NCBI GenBank assembly: GCA_963726455.1
Contig: CAVSCK010000004.1
Location: forward strand, 448,001 to 512,000
Direction of reading: 5' to 3'
DNA: 64,000 nt
Source of the DNA: an uncultured bacterium
Lineage (GTDB): Bacteria > Zixibacteria > MSB-5A5 > CAIYYT01
The position numbers and the translations under genes are program-made. Positions 27,455-38,804 of the stretch are shown one piece after another (the first letter of the stretch is position 1; the number at the start of each line of letters is the position of its first letter). The notes under the pieces were generated by a model. That model had not been told where the DNA came from. It saw only the letters and a list, made by a program, of their open reading frames with translations, and did no database searches.

Positions 27455-28895
27455 ATTTGCGTGAGGAAGCGTGTTCTGCCTGTCGCGAAGTTGGGACAGG
27501 TGAATTTACCAGAGTCCGCTCGAAAGTTACGGCGTCAAGATAGGAGTCGATGTAGAAATAATTCTCCGCGCGAAACGGCGCATAGAACAACAATATCTTC
27601 TCGCAATTGATCTCAGGACAGTGCCTCTGCAGGGGAGTGCCTTGCTCCACGAGATTCCGTGTCAGCACCACCTGTGCTAGCGCGATTGCCTCGGCACTAC
27701 TCAATGTTGCAGCGCGAAATTGCTGCCCGGCATCGCAACTGCCTTCCATGCTGAATCTCGTGACCGAACCGGTGATCCGCTTTACCAGTCGATACATGGC
27801 TTCGAAATTGCCGATTCGAAATGCGGGCACAACCAGAGTATCGGCGTTTTCTCCCCGACTGCGATATCCACTTTCCTGCAATTGGCCCGGCGGAAAAGTC
27901 AACATCCAGAAAGGGAAGAAAGTTTCTTCCGCGATTCCTTTTCCTGCCACGACAGAAATCGTATTACTGATCGCCGGATTCTCTTCAAGCATTTGCACGT
28001 GTTGGCAATTCCGGCACACGTAGGCATATGATTTGTCGTCTGGAAGCTGCTCTCCGCAATTTCGGCACTTGTGCATCTCAATTCCGACGCTCATGTGCTC
28101 AGTCGCATCGTCTTCGCTCTCGCCAAGCGAGCCCGAAATCAGATCGTCTTCACATTCGTACACGACCCGGCCGGTAAGCCCGTCGACGAGCAAGTGGCCG
28201 CCGCCGTCGTCCGAAATCATTTTCACATGCACATAGGGGAAGTATATCAGCGACAGCAGCGGTCTCAGTAATTGTGTGATGTTAGCGCCGAATTCGCCGC
28301 CATCAATACAATTAATCTGCTGAACGGCCTTGGTGGCATTTGTGATCGCGTCTTGCCAGCTTGATTTGACCGGCTGACAGTGAAACCTCTCCTGAAGCAG
28401 CTGTTCGGCGAACGGTACCGTCTTGACAAAATCGACACGTTCTCCCAGATTCCAGGGAATCGCTTTTGAAGGACTTCCGGACGCAATCGTGATATCGTAT
28501 GGCGACAACGTTGTTTCAACCTTGATCTGTTCAGTCGTCGCTTCAGTGTCAGTGGCTTCGTTGAAATAGACTCGCGTATCCTTACGGTGGCGTAGGCGGA
28601 GCAGGATACCATCGATTTTCCAGTAGGGGTAGTAGAACCGGCGAACGACGCTGAGTGAATCGGTCAAATGTTTCTGGTTCAACTTGAGGTGACGGTCAAC
28701 ATGGAAGCGCACGTTGGAGTCGAGTATTTTGGCGCGAACAACATACGCGGGTGGCACATTGGGTAGCGTTATTCGCAATACTGAACTGCAACTTGCGCAG
28801 GTAACCGTGAGGAAGTCCTGCCCCAACTCCAGCGTCGCGCCGCAACCGGGGCAGGTTACTTCAATCTGAAAACCGCCTCTAGCTTTGTCCGGCAT
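27453..28895 (-). CDS. Zinc-ribbon-containing protein, function unknown
   Basis: CPGC/CASC and CRNC/CRNC pairs; FYYPYW and FFPFW duplicated motif; overlaps the SPFH gene. Confidence 0.75.
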   Translation of the reverse strand: MPDKARGGFQIEVTCPGCGATLELGQDFLTVTCASCSSVLRITLPNVPPAYVVRAKILDSNVRFHVDRHLKLNQKHLTDSLSVVRRFYYPYWKIDGILLRLRHRKDTRVYFNEATDTEATTEQIKVETTLSPYDITIASGSPSKAIPWNLGERVDFVKTVPFAEQLLQERFHCQPVKSSWQDAITNATKAVQQINCIDGGEFGANITQLLRPLLSLIYFPYVHVKMISDDGGGHLLVDGLTGRVVYECEDDLISGSLGESEDDATEHMSVGIEMHKCRNCGEQLPDDKSYAYVCRNCQHVQMLEENPAISNTISVVAGKGIAEETFFPFWMLTFPPGQLQESGYRSRGENADTLVVPAFRIGNFEAMYRLVKRITGSVTRFSMEGSCDAGQQFRAATLSSAEAIALAQVVLTRNLVEQGTPLQRHCPEINCEKILLFYAPFRAENYFYIDSYLDAVTFERTLVNSPVPTSRQAEHASSRK

Positions 28896-30012
28896 CGTCC
28901 CGCTTCACTGCTTTGCCGCACTTGCCGCAGAACTTCGAACCCGGAATAAGCTCCGCCTGGCAATTCGGACAGAGTTCCTTGGCCGCGAGCTTGTGCCCGC
29001 AGAACAGGCAATAGGACGCCTCGGTCGGTAACTCTCGGTGACAGGACGGGCAGATATTCTGCGTAATCATCTGATGTCCGCAGCGATAGCAGTAGCGTGA
29101 CTGTTCTGGCGTGTCGGTGTGGCATTTCGGACAAGTCACCGTTGCCACTGCCGCTTTTCGCAGTTCGTGCTGATCCGGCGCAAAGACCTTATCCAGCATC
29201 GACGGCACCATTACGCCGACTCCGGCGGCCATTCCCAGCATATTACCAGTAGCGCCCGCCACGCCTGAAGATGACAGACCTTTGGCCATCTCGAACTTGA
29301 AGAACTTGTCGATGTCGCCGATGGCGTTCATTCCAGATCGCTGATCGATCAATCTGCCGACTTCGTCCGGTGGCGTAATGGACGAAATGAAGAAGTCTAT
29401 GAGTTCGAGTCCGTATTTCGAAAACTCGACGCCGACTTCCCTTTTGAATTCCTCCGCGAGCTGGGCATATTTACCCGGTAGGTCAAGAATCGAATCCAGT
29501 TTCTCACCCAGCAGATCGTTCAAACGGGCGATAATCACGTCACGAAGATAGTTCTGCACATCATCGGTCGTGTACAGCGCCTGTCTGCCGACTATGGAAT
29601 TGAGAAACAGCAGGGGATGAGTGATCTTGATTGTATACGCCCCGTTGCCGCGCAAGCGTACCAATCCCAACTTGCTGTCCTGGAACGCGACCGGATCCTT
29701 GGTGCCCCATTTCAAATTCGTGAAGACTTTCAGGTTGACGAAGTAAACTTCCGCCCGAAACGGGGAGGTAAACCCAAAGGGGAACGACAGCAATCTGGTC
29801 AGGATCGGAATGTTCAGCGTCGTCAGCGTATGGCGGCCGGTACTGAACGAATCGCAAGCATGGCCATCCTTGAAGAAGATCGCCAACTGGCTATCGCGAA
29901 CTATCAACTGTGCTCCCAGTTTGAAATCAGCCGAACCTTCCTGGGGAAGACGATACAGCATTTCATCGCCGGATGGATCCATCCACTCAATTAGCTCGAT
30001 TAACAGGGACAT
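28879..30012 (-). CDS. SPFH/band-7 (YdjI-like) protein with C-terminal zinc ribbons
   Basis: [40 protein letters not shown]; three CxxC-CxxC ribbons. Confidence 0.88.
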   Translation of the reverse strand: MSLLIELIEWMDPSGDEMLYRLPQEGSADFKLGAQLIVRDSQLAIFFKDGHACDSFSTGRHTLTTLNIPILTRLLSFPFGFTSPFRAEVYFVNLKVFTNLKWGTKDPVAFQDSKLGLVRLRGNGAYTIKITHPLLFLNSIVGRQALYTTDDVQNYLRDVIIARLNDLLGEKLDSILDLPGKYAQLAEEFKREVGVEFSKYGLELIDFFISSITPPDEVGRLIDQRSGMNAIGDIDKFFKFEMAKGLSSSGVAGATGNMLGMAAGVGVMVPSMLDKVFAPDQHELRKAAVATVTCPKCHTDTPEQSRYCYRCGHQMITQNICPSCHRELPTEASYCLFCGHKLAAKELCPNCQAELIPGSKFCGKCGKAVKRDDAGQS

Positions 30013-30030
30013 CTTCACTCCTTGCCGGTT

Positions 30031-30047
30031 AATAGAATTATTCTATT
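30031..30047. promoter_or_regulatory. Perfect 8-1-8 palindrome, Fur/PerR-family-like operator
   Basis: AATAGAAT-T-ATTCTATT between the divergent SPFH and ferritin genes. Confidence 0.55.
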
Positions 30048-30192
30048 CATCAAATTCGTCAAAGATGGCCTGCCACTTGAACCGCCGCCTGTCGGCCCGA
30101 AGACGCTACCGCCGACAGTATCAAAACCCGCGTATCAGTATCAACAGTGGCCAATTGGTCAGATTGATAAACTATTGCAAGGAGAAGCAGTT

Positions 30193-30687
30193 ATGATGAT
30201 CTCAGAGAATATGGCAGCGCGGCTGAATCAGCAGGTCAAAGAGGAGTTCTTTTCTTACTGGACTTACGTCGCCATGGCGTTCGCTTTTGAAACAATGGGG
30301 CTGAAGGGATTCGCCAAATGGTATTTGCTACAGGCCGACGAGGAGAAGAAACATGCCATGAAGATTGCAGCCTATTTGGTCGATCAGGGAGCTGCCGTCA
30401 AGCTGACAGCGTTGGATGCTCCCAAGAGCAATTATGCATCGGTCAGGGAGATTGCGCAGGAGACGCTCGATCACGAAATCCTGATCACGCGCCTGATCAA
30501 TGATCTTGTCAACGTGGCCAACAAAGAGGGCGATCACGCCACCGCAAGTTTCCTGACCTGGTTTGTCGACGAACAGGTGGAGGAAGTCTCGACATCTCAG
30601 CAGCTACTTGACATGGTCAAATTCGCCGGTGACAAGGTCCAGCTATTGATGATCGAATCTCGGATCTTTGCTTTACGCAAGGAGTGA
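30193..30687 (+). CDS. ftnA: Non-heme ferritin
   Basis: LNQQVKEEFFS, QADEEKKHA, HE, FLTWFVDEQVEE ferroxidase residues. Confidence 0.93.
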   Translation: MMISENMAARLNQQVKEEFFSYWTYVAMAFAFETMGLKGFAKWYLLQADEEKKHAMKIAAYLVDQGAAVKLTALDAPKSNYASVREIAQETLDHEILITRLINDLVNVANKEGDHATASFLTWFVDEQVEEVSTSQQLLDMVKFAGDKVQLLMIESRIFALRKE

Positions 30688-30701
30688 GCGGGCGGTAAAG
30701 T

Positions 30702-31259
30702 CTAGGTGGCCTGTTTCCGCCGTCGCCAATCCACTAGTGCGAGTGTTATGACTACGCTCGAAAGCAAGGAGAAAAAGATCGCGGCGGAGATTTGCATGAA
30801 TACATTCCACGGCGGACTGATCCGCAGACGTGAATCGGCGACATTGTCGGGATTGTAGTGGACTGTCACTCGTTTCCCCGGCGGATTGGCGGCCACGATT
30901 TTCTGTGCGACATCCATGCGGGCTGACTTGTTGCCGAACCCCGGCACGCCCATATCAGTTGAGCCGGAGTAGATCTGTCCATTTACGTCGTACTGATAGG
31001 TTATCTTTGGTTCATAGGCGAGCTTGCCCACGACCTCCGCGGCGAGCACCTTCCCGGGTACGCCGGGCCAATGTTCGATGGGCAGATACCGCTCTAAGCG
31101 GCGAATCTCCGAATAGCCAAGGATCGCCATGCCGATGAAGACTACTATGCTGATCCATCTGAGCAACGAAGTGACCCGCTGCGTTCTGGCTCGCATGACC
31201 ACCAGCGTTACGATGCTCGTGACGATCAGCAATCCAACCCAGACAAGAACTATCGCCAT
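30702..31259 (-). CDS. DUF3592-like membrane protein
   Basis: WPGVPGKV, YQYDVNGQIY, GKRVTVHYNPDN flanked by TM helices. Confidence 0.78.
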   Translation of the reverse strand: MAIVLVWVGLLIVTSIVTLVVMRARTQRVTSLLRWISIVVFIGMAILGYSEIRRLERYLPIEHWPGVPGKVLAAEVVGKLAYEPKITYQYDVNGQIYSGSTDMGVPGFGNKSARMDVAQKIVAANPPGKRVTVHYNPDNVADSRLRISPPWNVFMQISAAIFFSLLSSVVITLALVDWRRRKQAT

Positions 31260-31421
31260 CGTGAATCCCTAAACTACCTCTATTCTCTGCGCCAGTTTGT
31301 CGGTTTGCTTTGATCTTGTCAACCAGCATTTCCAGTTATGTGCTCTGCCGACAGGCCGTATTTCATAAGGGTTTGACATGTGGCGGTTATTCCATATCTT
31401 GGACGCCGGTAAGTTTGATCG

Positions 31422-32945
31422 ATGATAACAAAGATTCTTATTGCCAATCGGGGCGAAATCGCCGTCCGAATCATCCGCGCCTGTCGCCATCTCGGAATTG
31501 AGAGCGTGGCGGTCTTCTCTGATGCTGACCGCGCTGCCTTGCACGTTCAGATGGCTGATGAGGCCTACCATATCGGGAAATCGCCCGCGACCCAAAGTTA
31601 TCTTGTTGCCGACCGATTGATAGAAGTTGCCCGGAAAGCCGGCGCCGATGCAATTCATCCCGGCTATGGTTTCCTGGCGGAAAATTGGCAATTTGCCAAG
31701 GCCGTCACCGATGCCGGCCTTGTTTTCATTGGCCCGCCGGCGGAGGCAATCCGTTTGCTTGGTGATAAGCTCGAAGCTCGCCAACTGGCAGAGAAGTCAG
31801 GAGTGCCTGTCATTCCCGGTGGAGCCGTTCATCCCGACCAACTCGACTTCGCCAAAGATTTCGCGAAGAAGTGCGGCTACCCGATTTTGGTGAAGGCCGT
31901 CGCCGGTGGTGGTGGCAAAGGTATGCGCGTTGTCACCAACGCCGACGATCTTGGCAAGGCGCTGGCAACTGCCGGCAGTGAAGCCAAATCCGCTTTTGGT
32001 GATGACCGTGTCTACATCGAAAAACTGATCGACCGGCCGCGCCATATTGAAATGCAGATAGCGCGCGATCGTTTCGGCAACAGCGTTTACTTCGGCGAAA
32101 GAGAATGCTCCATTCAAAGACGACATCAGAAATTGATTGAAGAGGCGCCCTCTGTCCTCGTGGATAGCGACATGCGCCGCAAGATGGGTAAGGTCGCAAT
32201 CAATGCGATCACCGCTGCGGATTATTCCAATCTTGGCACCGTGGAATTCCTGGTGGATTCCGACCGTAAGTTCTACTTCCTCGAAGTCAACACGCGCCTT
32301 CAGGTCGAACATCCTGTCACCGAATTGGTGACCGGCGTTGATCTGGTAAAGGAACAAATTCGCCTCGCCTCCGGTGAAAAGCTGTCAATCACTCAGGATC
32401 AAATTCAAATCCGAGGGCATGCGATCGAATGCCGCATTTGTGCCGAGGACCCCGCAGCGGACTTTCTGCCGAGCGCCGGAACGATAAACGAATATCGCAT
32501 GCCTGCCGGACCCGGAGTGCGTGTCGATTCCGGTTTCATAAAGGGATCGGAAGTTCCCCCATACTATGATTCCTTGCTCGCCAAACTTATTACTTTTGGC
32601 GCCACGCGAGCCGAGGCAATTGCGCGTATGCAGCAGGCTCTGGCCGAATTTCGTATGACGGGCATTGCCACCAACCTTTGTTTCCATGAATCGGTCATGG
32701 AAAATCCCGCGTTCGCTGCCGGCGACTTGTCGACGAGTTTCGTCGCCGATCATTTTTCAGGTGCGCGTTGCGGTGGGCCGCCTGATCGCTCACTTGCGGA
32801 AGCCGCCGCCGTAGCCGCTGCGCTCTATCATTATTATGATTCGAAGCGACTGAAGCAAATCAACCTGGCAAACGGGTCAACAACCCAGTGGGGCAAACAA
32901 GGCCGCCTTGACGCCTTGCGCACGGACCATCGGGGCAAGCCATGA
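31422..32945 (+). CDS. accC: Acetyl/propionyl-CoA carboxylase biotin carboxylase subunit
   Basis: KILIANRGEIA, HPGYGFLAEN, GGGGKGMR, RECSIQRRHQK, EVNTRLQVEH. Confidence 0.96.
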   Translation: MITKILIANRGEIAVRIIRACRHLGIESVAVFSDADRAALHVQMADEAYHIGKSPATQSYLVADRLIEVARKAGADAIHPGYGFLAENWQFAKAVTDAGLVFIGPPAEAIRLLGDKLEARQLAEKSGVPVIPGGAVHPDQLDFAKDFAKKCGYPILVKAVAGGGGKGMRVVTNADDLGKALATAGSEAKSAFGDDRVYIEKLIDRPRHIEMQIARDRFGNSVYFGERECSIQRRHQKLIEEAPSVLVDSDMRRKMGKVAINAITAADYSNLGTVEFLVDSDRKFYFLEVNTRLQVEHPVTELVTGVDLVKEQIRLASGEKLSITQDQIQIRGHAIECRICAEDPAADFLPSAGTINEYRMPAGPGVRVDSGFIKGSEVPPYYDSLLAKLITFGATRAEAIARMQQALAEFRMTGIATNLCFHESVMENPAFAAGDLSTSFVADHFSGARCGGPPDRSLAEAAAVAAALYHYYDSKRLKQINLANGSTTQWGKQGRLDALRTDHRGKP

Positions 32946-33454
32946 AATATCTAGTTACGATTGATGATCTATCATTCAATATCGACGTCAGCGATGTGCG
33001 CGGCGAACTCACTCTCAAGATCGATGGGCGCGAAATCGGCACTTCGGTCGTCACCGATCAGGATCATCGCCGTTTTCTCATGCTGCTCGATTCTCGGTCA
33101 TTCGATTCCGAGGTCGCCCACAGTAACGGCGTGACGTCAGTGCTGCTCGCCGGAAGAGAATTCGAGTGTGTCGTCGAAGATGAACGTCTGGTCTCAATAC
33201 GAAAAGTTGCGGGGATTGCCGCCACGAGCCATGAGACTCACGTTAAGGCGCCGATGCCGGGCCTGATCGTAAAGCTCTTGAAAAATGTCGGCGACCACGT
33301 CAAGAAAGGGGAGAGCTTGCTGTTGATTGAAGCCATGAAAATGGAAAACGAATTGAAAGCTCCGGCGGACGGCGTTGTCAGAGAAATCAATGCCCAAGCC
33401 GGAAGACCTGTTGACAAAGGGCAAGTTCTGATCACATTGTCTGGGCATGACTAA
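32942..33454 (+). CDS. Biotin carboxyl carrier protein
   Basis: APMPG and EAMKMEN biotinylation motif. Confidence 0.95.
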   Translation: MKYLVTIDDLSFNIDVSDVRGELTLKIDGREIGTSVVTDQDHRRFLMLLDSRSFDSEVAHSNGVTSVLLAGREFECVVEDERLVSIRKVAGIAATSHETHVKAPMPGLIVKLLKNVGDHVKKGESLLLIEAMKMENELKAPADGVVREINAQAGRPVDKGQVLITLSGHD

Positions 33455-35000
33455 GAAATTCCGAACCGACAAGGACAATCCGCACTTCGACTACCGCGAG
33501 CAACTCGGCGATCCCGGCGAATTTCCGTTTACGCGCGGCATCTATCCCGGCATGTACACGGAGCGTCTCTGGACGATGCGCCAGTATGCCGGCTATGCCA
33601 CCGCACAGGAATCCAACCAGCGCTACCGATACCTTCTCGAACATGGCCAAACCGGGCTGTCTGTCGCATTCGATCTTCCCACTCAAATCGGTTATGACTC
33701 CGATCATCCGATGGCCGTCGGCGAAGTCGGACGCACCGGAGTAGCGATCGACACGCTTGCCGACTTTGAATTGCTTTTCGACTCAATTCCACTCGGCAAA
33801 GTTTCAACATCGATGACTATCAACGCGACCGCAGCTATTCTTCTGTGCATGTACATCGCAGTTGCGAAGAAACAAGGTGTGACGCCGGATCAAATTACCG
33901 GCACGGTGCAGAATGATATTCTCAAGGAATTCATCGCGCGAGGTACCTACATCTATCCGCCCAAGCCGTCGATGCGATTGGTAACTGATATTTTCGCTTA
34001 CGCCAAGGATCACCTTTCGCGCTACAACACCATCTCTATCTCGGGCTATCACATTCGCGAAGCCGGCGCCACCGCGGTGCAGGAAATTGCCTTCACACTG
34101 GCGAATGCCATTGAGTACGTGAATCACGCGTTGCAGGCCGGGCTGGAGATCGATCAGTTTGCGCCGCGATTATCGTTCTTCTTTTGCGCGCAGCAGAATC
34201 TGCTGGAGGAAGTCGCCAAGTTCCGCGCGGCTCGTCGTATCTGGGCAAGAATCATGAAGGACCGCTTTAGAGCAACGAATCCCTCGTCTCTGATGCTGCG
34301 CTTTCACACACAGACTGCGGGAGTCTCGCTAACGGCGCAGCAGCCGGAGGTCAACACAGTGCGCACGACACTGGAAGCGCTCTCTGCAGTCCTTGGTGGC
34401 ACACAGTCTTTGCATACCAACGCTCATGATGAAGCTCTGGCGTTACCGTCGGCGGAATCAGCCCAGCTTGCACTTCGAATTCAGCAGGTACTGGGCTACG
34501 AAACCGGACTTGCAGATGCCGTCGATCCGATGGCGGGCAGCTATTATATAGAGGCGAAAACCGACGAAATCGAAGCCGGAGTATTGGGGTATCTCAAACG
34601 CGTCGACGATCTCGGCGGTTCGCTAAAAGCTATCGAGGAGGGTTTTTTCCAGAAAGAGATTCAGGCCTCGGCATACGATTTCCAATTGCAGGTCGAAAAG
34701 GGTGAACGGGTAATCGTCGGCGTCAACAAATTCCGATCCGGCGGCAAGGTCGACATACGCATGCAGAAGATTCCCGATCAGGTTCGTGAGGATCAAGTGA
34801 AGCGCCTGAACGAGATCAGGAAAAGACGCAATTCCGAAGCGGTTTTGCGTAACTTGCAGCGAGTCAGGGATGCAGCCGAGTCAGATCAAAACCTGTTGCC
34901 GTTAATATTGGATTGCGTAGAATCTTACGCGACGGTAGGGGAAATATCAGACGCGCTTCGCGCCGTCTGGGGTGAATACCGCGAATCGGTTGTTATTTAA
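33447..35000 (+). CDS. Methylmalonyl-CoA mutase, substrate-binding subunit (split type)
   Basis: [52 protein letters not shown]; no B12-binding domain. Confidence 0.95.
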   Translation: MTKKFRTDKDNPHFDYREQLGDPGEFPFTRGIYPGMYTERLWTMRQYAGYATAQESNQRYRYLLEHGQTGLSVAFDLPTQIGYDSDHPMAVGEVGRTGVAIDTLADFELLFDSIPLGKVSTSMTINATAAILLCMYIAVAKKQGVTPDQITGTVQNDILKEFIARGTYIYPPKPSMRLVTDIFAYAKDHLSRYNTISISGYHIREAGATAVQEIAFTLANAIEYVNHALQAGLEIDQFAPRLSFFFCAQQNLLEEVAKFRAARRIWARIMKDRFRATNPSSLMLRFHTQTAGVSLTAQQPEVNTVRTTLEALSAVLGGTQSLHTNAHDEALALPSAESAQLALRIQQVLGYETGLADAVDPMAGSYYIEAKTDEIEAGVLGYLKRVDDLGGSLKAIEEGFFQKEIQASAYDFQLQVEKGERVIVGVNKFRSGGKVDIRMQKIPDQVREDQVKRLNEIRKRRNSEAVLRNLQRVRDAAESDQNLLPLILDCVESYATVGEISDALRAVWGEYRESVVI

Positions 35001-35405
35001 ATGAAGAAATCAATTCAACACATAGCCATCGCCGTGCGCGATATCGAAAAAGCCAAGCAACTATATTCTGGTCTGGCCGGCGTATCAGCAACAGGAACCA
35101 TGGATGTTCCGAGTCAGAAGGTGAAGGTCTGTTTTATCGAGATGCCGAATGCACGCATTGAGTTGATTTCGCCGACCGCCGGCAACGAGAGTCTCAGTCG
35201 ATTTATTGATAAGCATGGCGAGGGTTTGCATCATATTTGTCTTGGTGTCTCCGATATTTCCGCCGAACTCGAACGCCTCAAGTTGCAGGGGACACGCCTG
35301 ATTGACCAGCAACCTCGTATCGGCGGCAGAGGCCACAAAGTCGCATTCATCCATCCCGAAGCTACGGGCGGCGTACTGATTGAGCTTGAGGAAACTCAAG
35401 ACTAG
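35001..35405 (+). CDS. mce: Methylmalonyl-CoA epimerase
   Basis: HIAIAV, IELISP, GEGLHHI, VAFIHP...GGVLIEL. Confidence 0.94.
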   Translation: MKKSIQHIAIAVRDIEKAKQLYSGLAGVSATGTMDVPSQKVKVCFIEMPNARIELISPTAGNESLSRFIDKHGEGLHHICLGVSDISAELERLKLQGTRLIDQQPRIGGRGHKVAFIHPEATGGVLIELEETQD

Positions 35406-35559
35406 TTAATGGGTGCGATGACTTCGCCCCAAAGCAATCAAAGAGACCTGACGCGTCCGACAAACGATTCATTCGGTTATCCACATAGAGGATATCATCT
35501 TGGCAAATATGCGGCTCCTAGTTTCGGGAGAAGAATGGAGATTTCTGGGAATAAGATTC

Positions 35560-35588
35560 TTGACAAAGTGTATTTAGTGGTGTAGAGT
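35560..35588 (+). promoter_or_regulatory. Putative sigma-70 promoter
   Basis: TTGACA-N17-TAGAGT. Confidence 0.5.
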
Positions 35589-35716
35589 ATAGATTATGAA
35601 GATGTGATGACGAATGGCCCGCGACACAGTAATCCCGCAGAGCTGGGGTTCTCCCTCAGGTGCCGAGAATGGCATTGTGAGCAATAGTACGCTGGTATGA
35701 GGAGGTGATTCGAAAC

Positions 35717-35788
35717 ATGCCATTACCTGCTGAGCATCATCATAACGGGGAAGAACACTGCTCGTTGAAGAAGGAGATACATATATGA
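35717..35788 (+). CDS. Putative 23-aa His-rich leader ORF (MPLPAEHHHNGEEHCSLKKEIHI)
   Basis: AGGAGGTGA SD 8 nt upstream; stop overlaps the next start (ATGA). Confidence 0.35.
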   Translation: MPLPAEHHHNGEEHCSLKKEIHI

Positions 35789-37719
35789 AATGGATGTTTG
35801 CTACCTTGGCGTACTTGGTAATCTGGTCTGGCTTCACATCACGTTTGCTATACTCAGCCGACCGAGAGATGCTGTCTCCAATTGAGGTAGGGAGTGTGAG
35901 TGCTGACACCATTGGAGAAGGAGTTGTATCCACGATCTCGCTCAAAGTACTCTGCTGGCCAAATCAACTGAGTAAAGTAACCGCCAGAATTGTACCGGGA
36001 ACCGGCTACGAAGTCGTGGGTCAGCCGCCGGATTCATACGAGAGGCCGGACATTGAAGCGGTCGTATTCAGAGCTACGATTCGCGCAACCTCTCACGGTA
36101 TCTGGGAGGTCGGGGTCGAAGTTTCGGGTGGCTGGTCCGACACTACGAGGTTGTCAGTTAATTCGCATTTCTACATTCAAGTGAACGATTCTTCGAGTCG
36201 AGTCCTCAGTGCCGCAGAGTATTCCTCCCTCCAAGGCGATGCAGGCAAAGTGACAAAGAACCCTACTAGGAGCAGTAAGTCAATCCCGCACAATACAGGG
36301 AAGATGTCGAAGCCGAGAATCCTTTCAACAAGACAAGACTCTGTTGCTAGGATTCGGAAAGAAGAGAAGATCAACGATACGACCCGGCACAAGAGCGAAG
36401 CGCCGTCCTCTATTGATACATCGAAAGCAAAAGAAGGCGACACGCGAAAAATGATTGGAACCTTTGATTTGTGCGGCTCTCTTTCGTACCATGATTCACG
36501 CGACCCGCAAGGATGGACAAGACCTGCCGTAAACGTCATGGTAGAGGTTTGGAACGAAAACGAATACGACATTCCGCCATCCGGCGATCAACTACTCGGA
36601 ACTGGTATAACCGATTGGACCGGCTCCTATACGTTCTCGTTCTTAGATAACACTGACGAGGACGGAACAGCAGACCCGTACATCGTCTGGCGAAGCGATA
36701 ACGCAGACTGGGAGGTGAGACGTCCCAATGCGGGAGACATATACAGATGGTATTCGCAAATTATGCGCGATGCCGCCGATGACGAGACAGTTGAGTTCGG
36801 CGATCATACTATTCAGAGCTATCCCGAGGCTATGTAGTGCTTTCAGTTTGTCAACCTTGGTTGGAATGAAGCCGACTACGTTGGGCCTGACCCTGGATTT
36901 GTTTCGTGCATTTGGCCAGACGCCTCTACTTACACCAGCAATCTTGGTGATGTGATTCATATCACGTCGGATTATGCTCGAGCGATAGACGTTGTAAACC
37001 ACGAGTATGGGCACGCAATGATGATGCAGCACTATTACAATAGTGTCGTTTGGGGGTGCAACCAGACGGGGATAAATGTTATCTCATGTCCGAGCACTGC
37101 ATGGAGAGAAGGGTGGGCCACGTTCTTCGCCCTAGTTGTGACGCCCGACGGCGTGATGGACTACGACATCCCGGGACAGGGGGTACATTTCCCAATCGAA
37201 ATCCCGCAGTTTACTCCTTTCGAGCAAGGTCCATCCGTTACAGGTAGGGTTGCTGGGGCCCTCCTCGATGTCTGGGATACGAATAACGATAATTTGGATC
37301 AGAACTCGTCCAACCCAGTGAGTTTTGGGACATTGTACACCTGGGGGGTTCAGAATCATGTAGACACCTTTTTTTACGCATACTGGACCTATTTACGTTA
37401 TAATGAACTCAGCAGTCAACAGGTAGCTGCCGGACTTCAGTCCATAGCCAACAACACTATCGATTACAGTTGCACTTTGTGCGGCGATGCAAACAGTGAC
37501 GGAACCATAGACGTTTCAGATGCAGTGTTCTTGATTCAATACATTTTTGCAGGTGGCGCCGCTCCCGGCTCATGCAGTTACCCCCTCGGAAAGGGCGACG
37601 CTGACGGCACTGGCACTGTAGATATCTCGGATGCTTCGTTTCTAGTTTCGCACATTTTTGCCGACGGTCCCTGTCCACATTGTCTCGGAGCACCTGAACT
37701 ACCTCAGCCATGCCCCTGA
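35785..37719 (+). pseudogene. Secreted HExxH metalloprotease with C-terminal dockerin, interrupted by one in-frame TAG (36835-36837)
   Basis: ORFs 35785-36837 and 36952-37719 are in the same frame with no other stop; HEYGH...AWREGWA; dockerin GDANSDGTIDVSDAVFLIQYIF. Confidence 0.8.
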
Positions 37720-37870
37720 GTCGAAGCATCATTTCAGAACCAAGTATCGACATGCCTATCTTAGGTTGCCGGGGAATCAGCATCTTGATCGCCCGCACGC
37801 CGAAATCGATTCACCACGTAACTTCCGAGAGAAATGCTTCCGCACCTTGTTGCTGGCCTAATAAATATAC

Positions 37871-37898
37871 TTGACACGCTTGTGAAAAAAATTACATT
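37871..37898 (+). promoter_or_regulatory. nuo promoter with overlapping Rex-like operator
   Basis: TTGACA-N16-TACATT; TTGTGAA-AAAA-ATTACAT at 37880-37897. Confidence 0.6.
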
Positions 37899-37924
37899 GC
37901 CCCGCAATAGTTTCGGAGGTTGAT

Positions 37925-38287
37925 CTGAGTAGTTTCGAAACATATTTCCCGATCTTCTTCCAGATCGTTCTGGCCATCATCATCGGGGCGTTCATGTTCG
38001 GCCTCTCGGCATCGCTCGGAAAGCGTTCGCGCAGCATTGTCAAAGATGAAGCTTACGAATGTGGCATCGAAGCTACCACCGATACCCGCCAACGTTTCTC
38101 GGTAAAATTCTATCTCGTTGCCATACTATTTATTGTCTTCGATCTCGAGACAATATTTCTCTTTCCGTGGGCGGTTAATTTCAAACAACTCGGACTATTC
38201 GGACTCGTGGAGATGGTCATCTTCATCCTGATCCTCCTTGTCGGTTACGTATATATCGTGAAGAAAGGAGCGATCAAATGGGATTAG
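37925..38287 (+). CDS. nuoA: NADH-quinone oxidoreductase subunit A (probable CTG start)
   Basis: [24 protein letters not shown]; first TM helix begins upstream of ATG 37994; GGAGGT precedes CTG 37925. Confidence 0.92.
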   Translation: MSSFETYFPIFFQIVLAIIIGAFMFGLSASLGKRSRSIVKDEAYECGIEATTDTRQRFSVKFYLVAILFIVFDLETIFLFPWAVNFKQLGLFGLVEMVIFILILLVGYVYIVKKGAIKWD

Positions 38288-38769
38288 AAGAAAAAATCCC
38301 GGACGGGATAGTTTTGGCGACGGCAGAGAAGCTCGTCAATTGGGCGCGCAAACGGTCAACCTGGCCCTTCGGCTTCGGGCTGGCTTGTTGTGCGATCGAG
38401 ATGATGTCTTCCTTCGGGCCCAAGTATGACCTCTCGCGCTTCGGAATGGAAGTTATGCGCGCCTCGCCGCGTCAGGCCGATCTTATGATTGTCGCCGGCA
38501 GAGTATCGAACAAGATGGCGCCGGTACTCAAACGTCTTTACGATCAAATGCCCAATCCGAAATGGGTAATCGCCATGGGCGCCTGTGCGTCCTGTGGCGG
38601 GGTATTCAACAACTACGCGATTCTTCAGGGCGTTGATAAGATCGTGCCCGTGGATATATACGTGCCCGGTTGTCCGCCGCGGCCCGAACAACTGATTGAC
38701 GGTATCGTCAAACTGGAGAAGTTGATCGAACAGGAGAAGCTCAAAGGCGAATCGAAACAAAGCGCTTGA
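38278..38769 (+). CDS. nuoB: NADH-quinone oxidoreductase subunit B
   Basis: [28 protein letters not shown]. Confidence 0.97.
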   Translation: MGLEEKIPDGIVLATAEKLVNWARKRSTWPFGFGLACCAIEMMSSFGPKYDLSRFGMEVMRASPRQADLMIVAGRVSNKMAPVLKRLYDQMPNPKWVIAMGACASCGGVFNNYAILQGVDKIVPVDIYVPGCPPRPEQLIDGIVKLEKLIEQEKLKGESKQSA

Positions 38770-38804
38770 GCATAGCAACAAAGGATCGTAGCTAAGTTTA
38801 CTTG

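Noticed and set aside
35766-35787. GAAGAAGGAGATACATATATG resembles the T7 gene 10/pET RBS
   Set aside because: Imperfect match and no other vector sequence
36835-36837. Genome-wide TAG recoding
   Set aside because: TAG is the stop of conserved genes here (nuoE, nuoG, nuoH, nuoJ, nuoK, mce)
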